Position numbers and translations under genes: made by a program. Positions 27,830-37,798 of a DNA stretch of 64,000 nt are shown here, piece by piece. The first letter of the stretch is position 1. Every line of letters starts with the position of its first letter. The notes below the pieces were generated by a model. That model was not told the origin of the DNA, searched no databases, and saw only the letters and a program-made list of their open reading frames with translations. This DNA is from Comamonadaceae bacterium (GTDB taxonomy: Bacteria > Pseudomonadota > Gammaproteobacteria > Burkholderiales > Burkholderiaceae_C): NCBI GenBank assembly GCA_947448885.1, contig CANFPJ010000003.1, positions 5,090-69,089 of the forward strand. Direction: 5' to 3'.

Positions 27830-29176
27830 ATGTGTCAAATTTCAAAGGTGTTATCAGCGTGCTTGGCCTTGGCCTTGCCCATGGCAATCCATGCACAAAC
27901 TGAATTCAAGGCTGAGCTGACGGCCCATGCCTTCCTGCCGGCTCAGACGATGATCCCAGCCCCCAAAGATGCACCCATCAACTTGCAAACCAGCGGCAAA
28001 TTCACCACCGGCATTCGGGTGGAAAAAATAGGCAGTGTTGAAGGCAAATCATTTGACCGCCCCACTGGCGTGTTTCTGCCGTTCAAAGGACAACCCATCC
28101 AAGGGCACTCGGGCATCAAGAAAATGCCCGACGGCAGCTTTTGGTTGCTGACCGATAACGGTGCCGGCTCCAAAGCCAATTCGCCGGACTTCATGTTGTA
28201 TTTGAACCGTTACAAAGTGGATTTCAAATCCAATAAATTCACCCGCTTGAACACCATTTTTTTGCATGACCCCGATAAAAAAGTACCGTTTCATATCGTG
28301 ACCGAAGGCAGCCAAAAACGCTATTTGACCGGCGCAGATTTTGATATTGAAAGCTTTCAGTTTGCCGATGGTGCTTTGTGGATCGCCGATGAGTTCGGAC
28401 CGTTCCTAATCAAGGCGGACTTGAACGGCAAGGTCATGGCCGTTTTTGAAACCCTGGTCGATGGCAAAGTGGTGCGTTCACCCGACCACCCCCAGGTCAC
28501 CATGCCGGGCGTGCCCACCGGCTCCACCCCCTTCCAAGTGCGCCGATCCAAAGGCTACGAAGGCATGGCCGCCTCCAAAGACGGCAGCAAACTCTATGCC
28601 TTGCTCGAAGGCGCCTTGTGGGATGAGGCCGTCAAAAACTACGAGATGATCGATGGCAAGCAGTACCTGCGGGTTTTGGAGTTTGATGTGAAATCCAGCC
28701 AGTGGACTGGGCGCCACTGGAAGTACGTGATGGAGGCCAATCACCATGCGATTGGTGACTTCAACATGGTGGACGAAACAACCGCGTTGATCATCGAGCG
28801 CGACAACGGCGAAGGCGTGCCCAGCCGTGCTTGCACCGACGGCAAAAAGCCCGACTGCTTTCACGATCTGCCCAAATTCAAACGGGTCTACAAAGTGGAA
28901 ATGACCGAAGCCAACGTCAATGCCGCGGTTCGCAAAGTGGCTTATGTGGACCTGCTCAATATTGCAGATCCAAACAAAATCTCACGCAAACCTTTGGAAA
29001 ATGGCGTTTTGACCTTTCCGTTTTTCACCATTGAAAACGTGGACGTGATGGATGCCCGACACATCATTGTGGGCAACGACAACAATTTACCGTTTTCCAC
29101 CAGCCGCGACCCCAACAAGGCCGACGACAATGAGTTGATCATTTTGAACGTGGGTGACTTTTTGACCGTTCGCTGA
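27830..29176 (+). CDS. Secreted esterase-like-activity-of-phytase family protein
   Basis: Signal peptide, QGHSGI, LTDNG.GSK.NS.D, DFDIES, DEFGP, SKGYEGMA, IERD, NDNN; AGGAG RBS. Confidence 0.88.
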   Translation: MCQISKVLSACLALALPMAIHAQTEFKAELTAHAFLPAQTMIPAPKDAPINLQTSGKFTTGIRVEKIGSVEGKSFDRPTGVFLPFKGQPIQGHSGIKKMPDGSFWLLTDNGAGSKANSPDFMLYLNRYKVDFKSNKFTRLNTIFLHDPDKKVPFHIVTEGSQKRYLTGADFDIESFQFADGALWIADEFGPFLIKADLNGKVMAVFETLVDGKVVRSPDHPQVTMPGVPTGSTPFQVRRSKGYEGMAASKDGSKLYALLEGALWDEAVKNYEMIDGKQYLRVLEFDVKSSQWTGRHWKYVMEANHHAIGDFNMVDETTALIIERDNGEGVPSRACTDGKKPDCFHDLPKFKRVYKVEMTEANVNAAVRKVAYVDLLNIADPNKISRKPLENGVLTFPFFTIENVDVMDARHIIVGNDNNLPFSTSRDPNKADDNELIILNVGDFLTVR

Positions 29177-29197
29177 GCGTTCGCCCCACCCAAGCCC

Positions 29198-29228
29198 AAG
29201 CCACTGTCGCTTCGACAGTGGCTTTTTT
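29198..29228 (+). terminator. Rho-independent terminator
   Basis: AAGCCACTGTCG-ctt-CGACAGTGGCTT hairpin followed by a T-run. Confidence 0.85.
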
Positions 29229-29233
29229 CTATG

Positions 29234-29273
29234 TTTTCACCATCATTTCACCGATGTGTCACATTGATGCCAT
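29234..29273 (+). promoter_or_regulatory. Pho box array (four heptamers)
   Basis: TTTTCAC, ATTTCAC, GTGTCAC and ATGCCAT at exact 11-bp spacing, resembling CTGTCAT, directly upstream of phoX. Confidence 0.75.
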
Positions 29274-29304
29274 ATAAAGACACCACTTAGCCAGGATCCA
29301 CGCC

Positions 29305-31527
29305 ATGTCCAACAAACACATTGACCCGATTTTCAACACCTCCACGGCACCCCACTTCCAAGATGTTTTGACGGCCTCATTGGCCAACCCCCAGCGACGC
29401 AGCATGCTGCTGGGTGGCTTGGGTTTGGCTGGCTTGGTCGCTTTGCCGGGTTGTGCCACTTTGGCGTCAGGCTTGGGCCCTGCCCCGAGTGACTTGGGCT
29501 TCCCAGCCGTCGCGAAAAGTTTGCTGGACAACGTGATCTTGCCGCCGGGCTACCAATACAGCGTTTTGCACGCCACCGGTGACGCCATGGACACCAGCAC
29601 ACCGGCTTACGCCAACAACGGCAGCGAAACCGATGATTGGTCGCGCCGCATTGGCGATCACCATGACGGCATGGACATCTACCACATCGATGACCAAGGC
29701 AAGTATTCTGAAAAAGAAACCCGACGCGCTGTTTTGTGCGTCAACCATGAAAGCTCTGCGGACGCCCACTTTTTGCACCCCAATGGACAAACGTCTCAGG
29801 GGGTGAGCGGCAAGAAGTTTTCGCAATTTGGCGAATGGGACTTGGGCAACCGACCTGAACTGGAAGTGCTCAAAGAGATCAACTTGCATGGCGTTTCTGT
29901 GGTCGAGATCAACAAAACACCGGCAGGCTGGCGCATCAATCCCAGCTCGGCGTTGAACCGCCGCATCACCCCACAAACACCGATGCGCATCAGCGGCCCC
30001 CGGGCTGCGATCGAAAACATTCGACAAAAAATGGTCACCCGCTGGGACACCTCTGGCAGCATGAGCCGGGGCACCCTGAACAACTGTGGCCACGGCAAAA
30101 CCCCCTGGGGCACGTACTTGGGCTGTGAAGAAAATTGGGCGTTTTATTTCCAAACCACGGCCGGTGGAAATTTGACCGGCCAAGAAACCGCCTCGCGCAA
30201 GCGTTACGGCTTGCCCGCAGCACATGTCGCCGCCAATGTGGCAAAAACCACCGGTCAGGGCTGGCACACGGTATCGACCACCGATGACCGATTTGCCCGC
30301 TGGAATCTGGCGGCCCTGGGTGCGAATGCCGAAAAAGACTTTCGCCAAGAGGCCAACACGTTTGGCTTTGTGGTGGAGATCGATCCACTCAACCCCAACG
30401 CCACCCCCGTCAAACGCACCGCCATGGGCAGATTCGCCCATGAGGCCGCCGTCTGCGGCCTTCCTGTGGCGGGTGAGCCCTTGGCCTTTTACATGGGCTG
30501 CGACTCACGCAACGAATACATCTACAAGTTTGTCAGCGCCGCCGTGTGGGACCCAAGAGATGTGGGCGCCGGACTGGTTGCTGGCGACAAATACTTGAGT
30601 GAAGGTCGTTTGTATGTGGCCAAATTCAATGCCGATGGAACCGGTGAATGGCTTGAACTGACGCTGTCGGATGCGCGGATCGCTCAATATGCGGCGTTTA
30701 AATTCACCTCGCCAGCGGACATTTATGTGAACACCCGACACGCTGCTGATGCGGTGGGTGCCACGCCCATGGACCGACCCGAATGGGGAGCGGTCAACCC
30801 CCGCAATGGGGACATTTATTTCAGCTTGACCAACAACAGCGCCGCCAACCGCACCCCCACCAAAGTGGATGCCGCCAATCCTCGGGCTTACACGGACATG
30901 GACGGTAAGAAAACCGCTGGCAACCCGAATGGGCACATCATCCGCTTCAAAGAAACCCAGCAACGGGCTGTGTCCAAAAGCTTTGCCTGGGACATCTTTT
31001 TGTTTGGTGCCGAAGAGGATTCGGGCGACGCCAACCTGTCGGGTTTGACAGCGAGCAATTCATTTTCTTCACCCGACGGCTTGTGGTTCAGCAAGGCGAC
31101 TGGCATTTGCTGGATTCAAACCGACGATGGCGCCTTCACCGATGAGACCAATTGCATGATGCTCGCTGCCATCCCCGGCCACGTGGGGGACGGGGGCAAA
31201 GTCACCGCCAAAAATAAAATGATCGTCAACGGTCAAGAGCAAACCGGTACCCAAGAAACATTCATCTCAGCGGCCCTGGGCGAGGCCAAGCTCAGACGCT
31301 TTTTGGTCGCACCCAAAGGTTCTGAGGTGACTGGCGTGACAGAAGCCGATGGCGGCCGCACCTTGTTTGTCAACATCCAACACCCCGGTGAGTTATCGGC
31401 TCCGCTGTCGGCTGGCAAGCCGCTGGAGAGCCTGTGGCCGGGCAATCAAGGGGTTGGCCCGCAGGGTCGGCCGCGTTCGGCCACCATCGTCATCACCCGC
31501 CAAGATGGGGGCGTGATCGGTCTTTGA
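29305..31527 (+). CDS. phoX: PhoX-family alkaline phosphatase (Tat-exported, possible lipoprotein)
   Basis: QRRSMLLG Tat motif, LPGC lipobox, GDHHDGM, VNHE, GTLNNC, TPWGTYLGCEEN, GRFAHE, MDRPE, SPDGL, QTD, VNIQHPG. Confidence 0.93.
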   Translation: MSNKHIDPIFNTSTAPHFQDVLTASLANPQRRSMLLGGLGLAGLVALPGCATLASGLGPAPSDLGFPAVAKSLLDNVILPPGYQYSVLHATGDAMDTSTPAYANNGSETDDWSRRIGDHHDGMDIYHIDDQGKYSEKETRRAVLCVNHESSADAHFLHPNGQTSQGVSGKKFSQFGEWDLGNRPELEVLKEINLHGVSVVEINKTPAGWRINPSSALNRRITPQTPMRISGPRAAIENIRQKMVTRWDTSGSMSRGTLNNCGHGKTPWGTYLGCEENWAFYFQTTAGGNLTGQETASRKRYGLPAAHVAANVAKTTGQGWHTVSTTDDRFARWNLAALGANAEKDFRQEANTFGFVVEIDPLNPNATPVKRTAMGRFAHEAAVCGLPVAGEPLAFYMGCDSRNEYIYKFVSAAVWDPRDVGAGLVAGDKYLSEGRLYVAKFNADGTGEWLELTLSDARIAQYAAFKFTSPADIYVNTRHAADAVGATPMDRPEWGAVNPRNGDIYFSLTNNSAANRTPTKVDAANPRAYTDMDGKKTAGNPNGHIIRFKETQQRAVSKSFAWDIFLFGAEEDSGDANLSGLTASNSFSSPDGLWFSKATGICWIQTDDGAFTDETNCMMLAAIPGHVGDGGKVTAKNKMIVNGQEQTGTQETFISAALGEAKLRRFLVAPKGSEVTGVTEADGGRTLFVNIQHPGELSAPLSAGKPLESLWPGNQGVGPQGRPRSATIVITRQDGGVIGL

Positions 31528-31534
31528 GGCGGGT

Positions 31535-32524
31535 TCACGAGTCGGGCTTGATGTTGGCGGCGCGAATCACCCGCGCCCATTTGGCCGCCTCGCTCTTCAT
31601 GAATTCACCGAACTCTTCAGGGGAATTGGCCGCTGGGTCAATCCCTTGCGACACCAATTTTTCTTTGATGTCGGGCAACTCCAAAACCTTGGTGATTTCG
31701 CGGTTCAATCGCTGAATGGCTTCGCGCGGTGTTCCTGCGGGCACCACCATGCCATACCAGTTGACCGCCTCTAAACCCGCAGCAAATTCGCTGGTGGAGG
31801 GCACATCCGGCAAGATGGCCAAACGCTTGGGGCCGGTGGTGGCCAAGGCGCGCAAGCGGCCCGTCTTGATGTGCTGCAGGCCAATGGCCACCGTGTCGTA
31901 ACCCAGTTGCACCTGGCCGCCGATCAAATCATTCATGCCCGGCGCGCTGCCTTTGTAGGCGATGTGCACGGTTTGAATGCCCGTCACATTGTTGAGCAAC
32001 TCACCGGTCAAGTGGGGCAGTCCGCCGTTGCCGCTGGAGTAAAAATTGACCTTTCCCGGATTGGCCTTGGCATAGGCCACTAACTCCGACAGGTTTTTGG
32101 CCGGCACGCTGGGGTGGGCATAAACCAAGAAAGGCAAAGAGGCCACCAACATCAATGGCGTGAAGTCCTTGTCCATGTTGTAGGGCAAGTTGGGCATGAA
32201 GGCCGGGTTGATGCTGATGTTGCCCGTGGTGCCAAAAAAGATGGTGTGCCCATCGGCTGGGGCCTTGGCCACCAGGTTGGTCCCCAGCACACCAGCCACA
32301 CCCGGCTTGTTGTCAATGATGACCGGTTGGCCCAGGGCCTCCGACAACTTGGGCGCAATGGTGCGGGCCACAATGTCGATCCCGCCACCTGGCGGAAAGC
32401 CAATCACAATGCGGATCGGTTTGGTGGGGAAAGACTGGGCCCAGGCGGGCACCAGGGGCCAAGTCAGACCCATGGCCACCATCAGGCTGGAGAGTAAAAA
32501 TCGACGAGACTTGAAGTCAGACAT
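31535..32524 (-). CDS. Bug/TctC tripartite tricarboxylate transporter substrate-binding protein
   Basis: PTKPIRIVIGFPPGG..D..AR, VAKAPADGHT, YKGSAP, W..VIRAANI. Start set at MSDFK. Confidence 0.93.
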   Translation of the reverse strand: MSDFKSRRFLLSSLMVAMGLTWPLVPAWAQSFPTKPIRIVIGFPPGGGIDIVARTIAPKLSEALGQPVIIDNKPGVAGVLGTNLVAKAPADGHTIFFGTTGNISINPAFMPNLPYNMDKDFTPLMLVASLPFLVYAHPSVPAKNLSELVAYAKANPGKVNFYSSGNGGLPHLTGELLNNVTGIQTVHIAYKGSAPGMNDLIGGQVQLGYDTVAIGLQHIKTGRLRALATTGPKRLAILPDVPSTSEFAAGLEAVNWYGMVVPAGTPREAIQRLNREITKVLELPDIKEKLVSQGIDPAANSPEEFGEFMKSEAAKWARVIRAANIKPDS

Positions 32525-32551
32525 GGTGATGATCCTGATGGATGAGAAGCG

Positions 32552-32581
32552 TTGACAGTAAATTCCAAATACTGGGATAAT
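32552..32581 (+). promoter_or_regulatory. Sigma70-like promoter TTGACA-N18-GATAAT with an imperfect palindrome (TTCCaaatactGGGA) in the spacer
   Basis: AT-rich divergent intergenic region; the palindrome could be the site for the nearby IclR (inference). Confidence 0.5.
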
Positions 32582-32615
32582 TTTACAAATTAAACCACAG
32601 CAAGGCAGACTGCTC

Positions 32616-33671
32616 ATGCGCTCCAACATCCATGTTTACGCGGGTACCGCCGGTCACTCGGCTTGGTTCAGCGAAGACGCCGGACAAACTTGGGTGCACC
32701 CCAACAGCCACAGTGGCATGTACTTGGAGGCCCGGGTATGGTGCTTCAGCAGTCACCCCGACATGCCCGCGCATGTGTTTGCTGGAACCGACATGGGTGT
32801 CTACCGCTGGGACGAGGCCCCGGCACGCTGGGTGGCCCTGCCCTCGCCCATGGCCGATGTCTGGGCCTTGGCCCAAGACCCCAGCGATGCACGCGTGTTG
32901 ATCGCCGGCACCAGGCCCGCCGGGTTTTTTCGTTCCACCGATGCGGGCCAACATTGGCAAGCCTTGCAAGCGCCCGGCATCAGCCAGTTTTCTGACATCA
33001 ACATGGGCCCCACCCGGGTGACGCAAATTTTGTTCGACCCGGTCGTCCCCGGTGTGGTGTGGGCCACGGTGGAAATTGGCGGCATCTACCGCAGTGCGGA
33101 CCATGGTCAAACTTGGCAACTGCTGGATCAAGGCCTGGTATCAGCTGATGTGCATGGCATCGCTGTGGTTGCCGCACCCGACGGGGGCAGTTGGGTCTAC
33201 GCCACCACCAACCGCGGCTTGCACCGCAGCACCGACCAAGGTCAAAGCTGGGTGTTTCAAGAATTGAAAACGCCTTGGCAATACACCCGCAGCGTGGTCC
33301 CGCGCTTGGACAACCCGGCCATCGTGTTTCTCACCAATGGCAATGGCCCACCGGGCAATGACGGCAAACTCTTGCGCAGCCACAACCATGGTCAAGATTG
33401 GGAAGAGGTGGGTTTGCCCGGGGAAATCAACAGCACCGTGTGGTGTGTCGCCATGAACCCCAGTGACCCGCAGTTGATTTTTTTGTGCACCAACCTCGGC
33501 CAAGTGTTTCGCAGCACCGACGGGGGTGCGCATTTTGAGCGCCTGCCCCACGAGTTTGGCGAACTGCGCGCCTTGCACTGGCGTGCCTTGCCCGAGGGTG
33601 CGCGCCAAGCCCCACATGCCATCACCCGGCCCCAAATCAAGGCGCGCGAGCTCGTGGCCATGGCGCAGTGA
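32616..33671 (+). CDS. BNR/Asp-box beta-propeller protein without a signal peptide
   Basis: Six Asp-box-like repeats: SEDAGQTW, STDAGQHW, SADHGQTW, STDQGQSW, SHNHGQDW, STDGGAHF. Confidence 0.88.
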   Translation: MRSNIHVYAGTAGHSAWFSEDAGQTWVHPNSHSGMYLEARVWCFSSHPDMPAHVFAGTDMGVYRWDEAPARWVALPSPMADVWALAQDPSDARVLIAGTRPAGFFRSTDAGQHWQALQAPGISQFSDINMGPTRVTQILFDPVVPGVVWATVEIGGIYRSADHGQTWQLLDQGLVSADVHGIAVVAAPDGGSWVYATTNRGLHRSTDQGQSWVFQELKTPWQYTRSVVPRLDNPAIVFLTNGNGPPGNDGKLLRSHNHGQDWEEVGLPGEINSTVWCVAMNPSDPQLIFLCTNLGQVFRSTDGGAHFERLPHEFGELRALHWRALPEGARQAPHAITRPQIKARELVAMAQ

Positions 33672-33698
33672 AACCTTCTTTTTTCAACCGAGACACCC

Positions 33699-34376
33699 AT
33701 GACCCAAGCCCTGCACATCGGACTGATGGTTCCCATCAACAACACCACCTACGCCCAAGAAGTCCTCCGTTGGATGCCACCTGGTTCGCGCGCCACCACC
33801 TTGCGCATCCCCCGGGGCAAAGGCATGTTGACCACCGAAACCTTGCCGGCCTACAAAGCCGCGGCCCTTGAACTGGCGACCCAGTTCAAGGACAGCGATG
33901 TCGATGTGGTGGCTTATGGGTGCACCGCCGCGGGCTTTATTTTTGGCCCCAAAGGTGACGCCGATTTGGCCCAAGAGTTGCACCAAGTCACGGGCAAACC
34001 CGTGGTGACCACGGCCCGCTCCATGGTGCTGACCCTGCAAGCGGCTGGTGTGAATGACATTGCCCTGATCACCCCGTATTTGGATGCCGTGAACACCCAA
34101 CTCAAGGCTTTTTTGGCCGATGGTGGCATCCGCGTGCGCCGCTTCAACAGCTTTTTCGCCAGCGACGTCGATGCCTTGGGCCGCATCACGGCCGAGCAAG
34201 TCAAAGACCTGGTGCTGCAGACCGACGACGATGGCTGCCAAGCGGTGTTCATCGCCTGCGCCCAATTGCCCACCGCCACCATCCTGGATGAGTTGCGGGG
34301 AATTTTGGGCAAGCCGGTTTATTCATCCAACTGGGGCACCACCCACCAAGCCCAATTGGCCATGGCCCTGGCCTGA
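33699..34376 (+). CDS. Maleate cis-trans isomerase/arylmalonate decarboxylase (Asp/Glu racemase superfamily) protein
   Basis: IGLMVP.NN.T, YGCT, LITPY, FIACAQL (two Cys), LGKPVYSSN. Confidence 0.85.
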   Translation: MTQALHIGLMVPINNTTYAQEVLRWMPPGSRATTLRIPRGKGMLTTETLPAYKAAALELATQFKDSDVDVVAYGCTAAGFIFGPKGDADLAQELHQVTGKPVVTTARSMVLTLQAAGVNDIALITPYLDAVNTQLKAFLADGGIRVRRFNSFFASDVDALGRITAEQVKDLVLQTDDDGCQAVFIACAQLPTATILDELRGILGKPVYSSNWGTTHQAQLAMALA

Positions 34377-34403
34377 TCCACCGCCATTTTTAAACCCATA
34401 CCC

Positions 34404-35384
34404 ATGATGTTCAAACCCACACACCTGCTGCGCCACCTGCTGGCCTTGATGCTGGCCGCCTCCGCCACTTGGGCCGGGGCGCAAGATTTTCCCAACCGCC
34501 CCATTCGCTTGGTTGTGCCCTACGGCCCCGGTGGTGTGACCGACATCAATGCCCGCACCTTGGCCACGCGCCTGGGTGAAATTTTGGGCCAGTCGGTGGT
34601 CGTGGACAACCGCGCCGGCGGGGCCTCTATCGTGGGCTCAGACGCAGTGGCCAAAGCCAAGCCCGATGGCTACACCTTGCTGTTGACTTCCACCGCTTTG
34701 GCCGCCAACCACATCTTGTTCAAAAAAATCCCCTACGACCCGGTCAAAGACCTGATGCCGGTGAGTTTTGTGTCGACCGTCCCCACGGTTTTGGTGGTGC
34801 ACAACAACGTGCCCGCGCAAAACCTCAAAGATCTGGTGCAACTCGCCCGCAGCAAACCTGAAACCATGAACTACGGCTCAGCCGGTAACGGCAGCGGCAA
34901 CCACCTCACCACCGAGGTGTTCCTCAACACCACGGGCTTGAAAGTTCAGCACATTCCGTACAAGGGTGGTGGCGCCGTGATGGCCGATTTGGTCGCCGGT
35001 CAAGTGACCTTTGTGTTTGCCGTTCTGCCCACCGCTCTGCCCTTCATCACCAGCGGCAAATTGCGCGCTTTGGGCGTGAGCAGTGCCCAACGCAACCCCG
35101 CCTTGCCCGATGTGGCCACGGTGGCTGAATCCGGCTACCCCGGCTTCAACGTGGCCGAGTGGGTGGGCGTCTTTGCCCCCGTGGGCACGCCCGCCCCCAT
35201 CATTGAAAAACTCAACACCGCGATCAACCAAACCCTCAAGCACCCCGATGTGGTGGCGCGCTTCAAATCACTGGGTGCGGAGATTGTGGGCGGTCCGCCC
35301 AGCGTTCTGGACACCTACTTCCGCTCTGAAGTCAGCAAGTGGACCCGCTTGGCCGAGCAGGTGAAATTCGAAGCCGCCGACTGA
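34404..35384 (+). CDS. Bug/TctC substrate-binding protein
   Basis: FPNRPIRLVVPYGPGG.TD, AKPDGYTLL, YGSAG.GS, HIPYKGG. Confidence 0.93.
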   Translation: MMFKPTHLLRHLLALMLAASATWAGAQDFPNRPIRLVVPYGPGGVTDINARTLATRLGEILGQSVVVDNRAGGASIVGSDAVAKAKPDGYTLLLTSTALAANHILFKKIPYDPVKDLMPVSFVSTVPTVLVVHNNVPAQNLKDLVQLARSKPETMNYGSAGNGSGNHLTTEVFLNTTGLKVQHIPYKGGGAVMADLVAGQVTFVFAVLPTALPFITSGKLRALGVSSAQRNPALPDVATVAESGYPGFNVAEWVGVFAPVGTPAPIIEKLNTAINQTLKHPDVVARFKSLGAEIVGGPPSVLDTYFRSEVSKWTRLAEQVKFEAAD

Positions 35385-35393
35385 GCACCGCCC

Positions 35394-35777
35394 ATGACCA
35401 CCACGCCACCCACACCCGCGCCCACATCGGTGCGCGAACTGGCCGAATTTTTATGGGAACAGTCGCCCGGCCATTTTGATGGCGCCCTGTCGAAAATTTT
35501 GGTCAGCGCCGCCACCACCCCTGGCGCACAGTTTTTGGATTTTCGCGTCTCCACTTACGCGCCCAAGGCTTATGTGCACACCCATGTGCACCCCAACAAA
35601 GAGCAAATTTATTTCTTTTTGGAAGGGGAAGGCGTGCTCGAATTGGGCGCTGAAAAAAAGGTGGTGAGGCCGAATCAATTTGCCTTCATCCCGCCGCATT
35701 TGCCGCATGGCTTGCACAACACCGGCAACGGGCAACTGGTGTTCATCGTCATCACCACCCTGACAGAGCGCGGCTGA
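35394..35777 (+). CDS. Cupin domain protein
   Basis: HVHPNKEQIYFFLEGEG...IPPHLPHGLHNTG. Confidence 0.88.
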   Translation: MTTTPPTPAPTSVRELAEFLWEQSPGHFDGALSKILVSAATTPGAQFLDFRVSTYAPKAYVHTHVHPNKEQIYFFLEGEGVLELGAEKKVVRPNQFAFIPPHLPHGLHNTGNGQLVFIVITTLTERG

Positions 35778-35787
35778 ACGCCCCCAT

Positions 35788-36582
35788 TCAGCCGATAGCG
35801 CGGGCGCGCAAGGACACGCCCGACTCATGCGCACCCATGCGCTCACTGGCCGCTTTGGCCGCCTTCATCACCAATTTGGCCATGGCGGGGATGTCGGCTG
35901 CGGGCAAATGCTTTTTTTGTGCGGCCAACCCCAGACTGCCCAGCACATGGCCCGATGGGTTGAACAAGGGCGCCGCCACCCCCACGATGCCTCGAGAAAA
36001 CTCGCCCATGGTCACACAGTGGCCTTGCAAGCGAATGCTGCGCATGGCTTGGCGAAAGCTGGGCCAGTCCTCACCCAATCCGGCTTGGGCCACCGTGGCG
36101 GCTTGTTTGGCGTACAGGTTGCGCAGCTGATGCGGTGGCAAATGCGCCATGATCACCTTGGACGCGGCGCCATGGAACAAGGGGCGCTTTTGGCCACGGC
36201 TGAACAGGCCTGCCGGGGCATTGGGGCTGATTTCTTCGCGCACACACATCACCGTGTCGCTGTAGAGCATGCACAGCAAGGTGCTGTGGCCGGTGCGGTT
36301 GGCCAGTTGCTTCATCGGCGGACCACCGGCCATGTAAATCGGGTCGCGCAAGCGTTGTTGGCGATCGAGTTCAATGATGCGCGGGCCCAAGATATAAGCA
36401 CCCTGTGCCACGGGCGTTAAAAACCCTGCGGCTTGCAGCACCTTGAGGTAGCGGTAACAAGTGGATCGGGTGCTGCCGGTGGCCTGCATCATCGCCTCGG
36501 TCGACCACACCGGTTTGTCCATGGAGAACAAGTCCAGCAAGCCGAGCATGCGCTCCAAACTGTTGCCCGCCGTTTCACTCAT
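35788..36582 (-). CDS. IclR-family transcriptional regulator
   Basis: SLERMLGLL, RSTCYRYL HTH, GAASK, GVAAPLF C-terminal motif. Confidence 0.92.
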   Translation of the reverse strand: MSETAGNSLERMLGLLDLFSMDKPVWSTEAMMQATGSTRSTCYRYLKVLQAAGFLTPVAQGAYILGPRIIELDRQQRLRDPIYMAGGPPMKQLANRTGHSTLLCMLYSDTVMCVREEISPNAPAGLFSRGQKRPLFHGAASKVIMAHLPPHQLRNLYAKQAATVAQAGLGEDWPSFRQAMRSIRLQGHCVTMGEFSRGIVGVAAPLFNPSGHVLGSLGLAAQKKHLPAADIPAMAKLVMKAAKAASERMGAHESGVSLRARAIG

Positions 36583-36606
36583 GGTCGCACCTGCGGTTTC
36601 ATGGCA

Positions 36607-37794
36607 TCACAAAGCAACAGCGTCAATGTCATATTTGAACAACCACTCGTAGCGCTCTTTCACCCGCGCCTCGTTCCACTCCCGCTCCACATATTCAGCC
36701 GCCCCCTGGGCATGGGCCAAAGCAGGGTTGTGAAAACGCTGGGTATTGGCGGCTGAGCCTTCCACCACGCGTGCCGTGCGCGCTTTGCGAACCGCCTCGT
36801 AACGCGCAAAGCCTTGTGCCGGATCGGTCGGGCACCGCGCCATGGCACGGGCCAGCATGTAGCCGTCTTCCATGGCCATGGCGGCCCCTTGGGCCAGAAA
36901 CGGCAAGGTCGGGTGACAGGCGTCCCCGAGCAGCGTGACCGGCCCATGGCTCCAGGTGTCCATCGGGTCGCGCACCTTGAGCACCCATTTATAGGGCACC
37001 TCAATGGCATGGATCATGGCCTGCACCTCTTCGTGCCAACCCACAAAGTCGGCTAAACATTCTTCGCGGGTGCCGCGCTCTGACCATGATTCGACTTCCC
37101 AGCGATTGCCCTCAATGGCCCCGACAAAATTCATCAACTCTCCTTGGCGCAAGGGGTACTGCACCACGTGGGCACCGGGGCCCACCCAGTTGGTGCCATA
37201 GGGCTCGCGCATGTGGGTGGGCAATTTGGAGGCATCAATCACACCGCGCCATGCCATGACACCCGAGTAGCGCGGCGCATCCTCACCGAACAAGGCCGCT
37301 CTGACCCTGGAGTGAACGCCATCTGCACCAATCACCGCGTCAGCCGCCCAGACACGGCCATCGGCCAAATGCAGTTGCACGCCATCGTTGTGCGCCTGCA
37401 GGCTTTGCAGCTTGGCGTTGAGCACCAGCGCGTCGGCCTGCAAGGCGCGCACGGCGTCGACCAAGACCCGGTGCAAATCGGCCCGGTGCACCGTCAGGTA
37501 GGGATAGCCATACATCTCACGCGCGACCGTGCCCAAATCAAACAGGGGCCAGGTTTGACCGGTATTCCACAAACGCACCCGCTTGCCCAAGGTCTCGCAA
37601 GTCACTTGCTCCAAAGGGGCTTGCAAGCCCATTCGGTACAAAACCCCGACCGCATTGGGCCCGAGTTGAACGCCCGCGCCAATTTCACCCAAGGCCGACG
37701 CTTGTTCCAGCACAGTGACGCGAAAGCCTTTTTGCAACAGGGCCAGGGCTGCGCTCAGTCCACCCAAGCCGGCACCCACGATGCAAATGTTCAT
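36607..37794 (-). CDS. Class A FAD-dependent aromatic/heteroaromatic monooxygenase (salicylate/3-hydroxybenzoate/NicC-like)
   Basis: GAGLGG, EIGAGVQ, HRADL, GADGVHS, LLGDACHPTLPFLAQGA. Start set at MNICI. Confidence 0.9.
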   Translation of the reverse strand: MNICIVGAGLGGLSAALALLQKGFRVTVLEQASALGEIGAGVQLGPNAVGVLYRMGLQAPLEQVTCETLGKRVRLWNTGQTWPLFDLGTVAREMYGYPYLTVHRADLHRVLVDAVRALQADALVLNAKLQSLQAHNDGVQLHLADGRVWAADAVIGADGVHSRVRAALFGEDAPRYSGVMAWRGVIDASKLPTHMREPYGTNWVGPGAHVVQYPLRQGELMNFVGAIEGNRWEVESWSERGTREECLADFVGWHEEVQAMIHAIEVPYKWVLKVRDPMDTWSHGPVTLLGDACHPTLPFLAQGAAMAMEDGYMLARAMARCPTDPAQGFARYEAVRKARTARVVEGSAANTQRFHNPALAHAQGAAEYVEREWNEARVKERYEWLFKYDIDAVAL

Positions 37795-37798
37795 GGCC

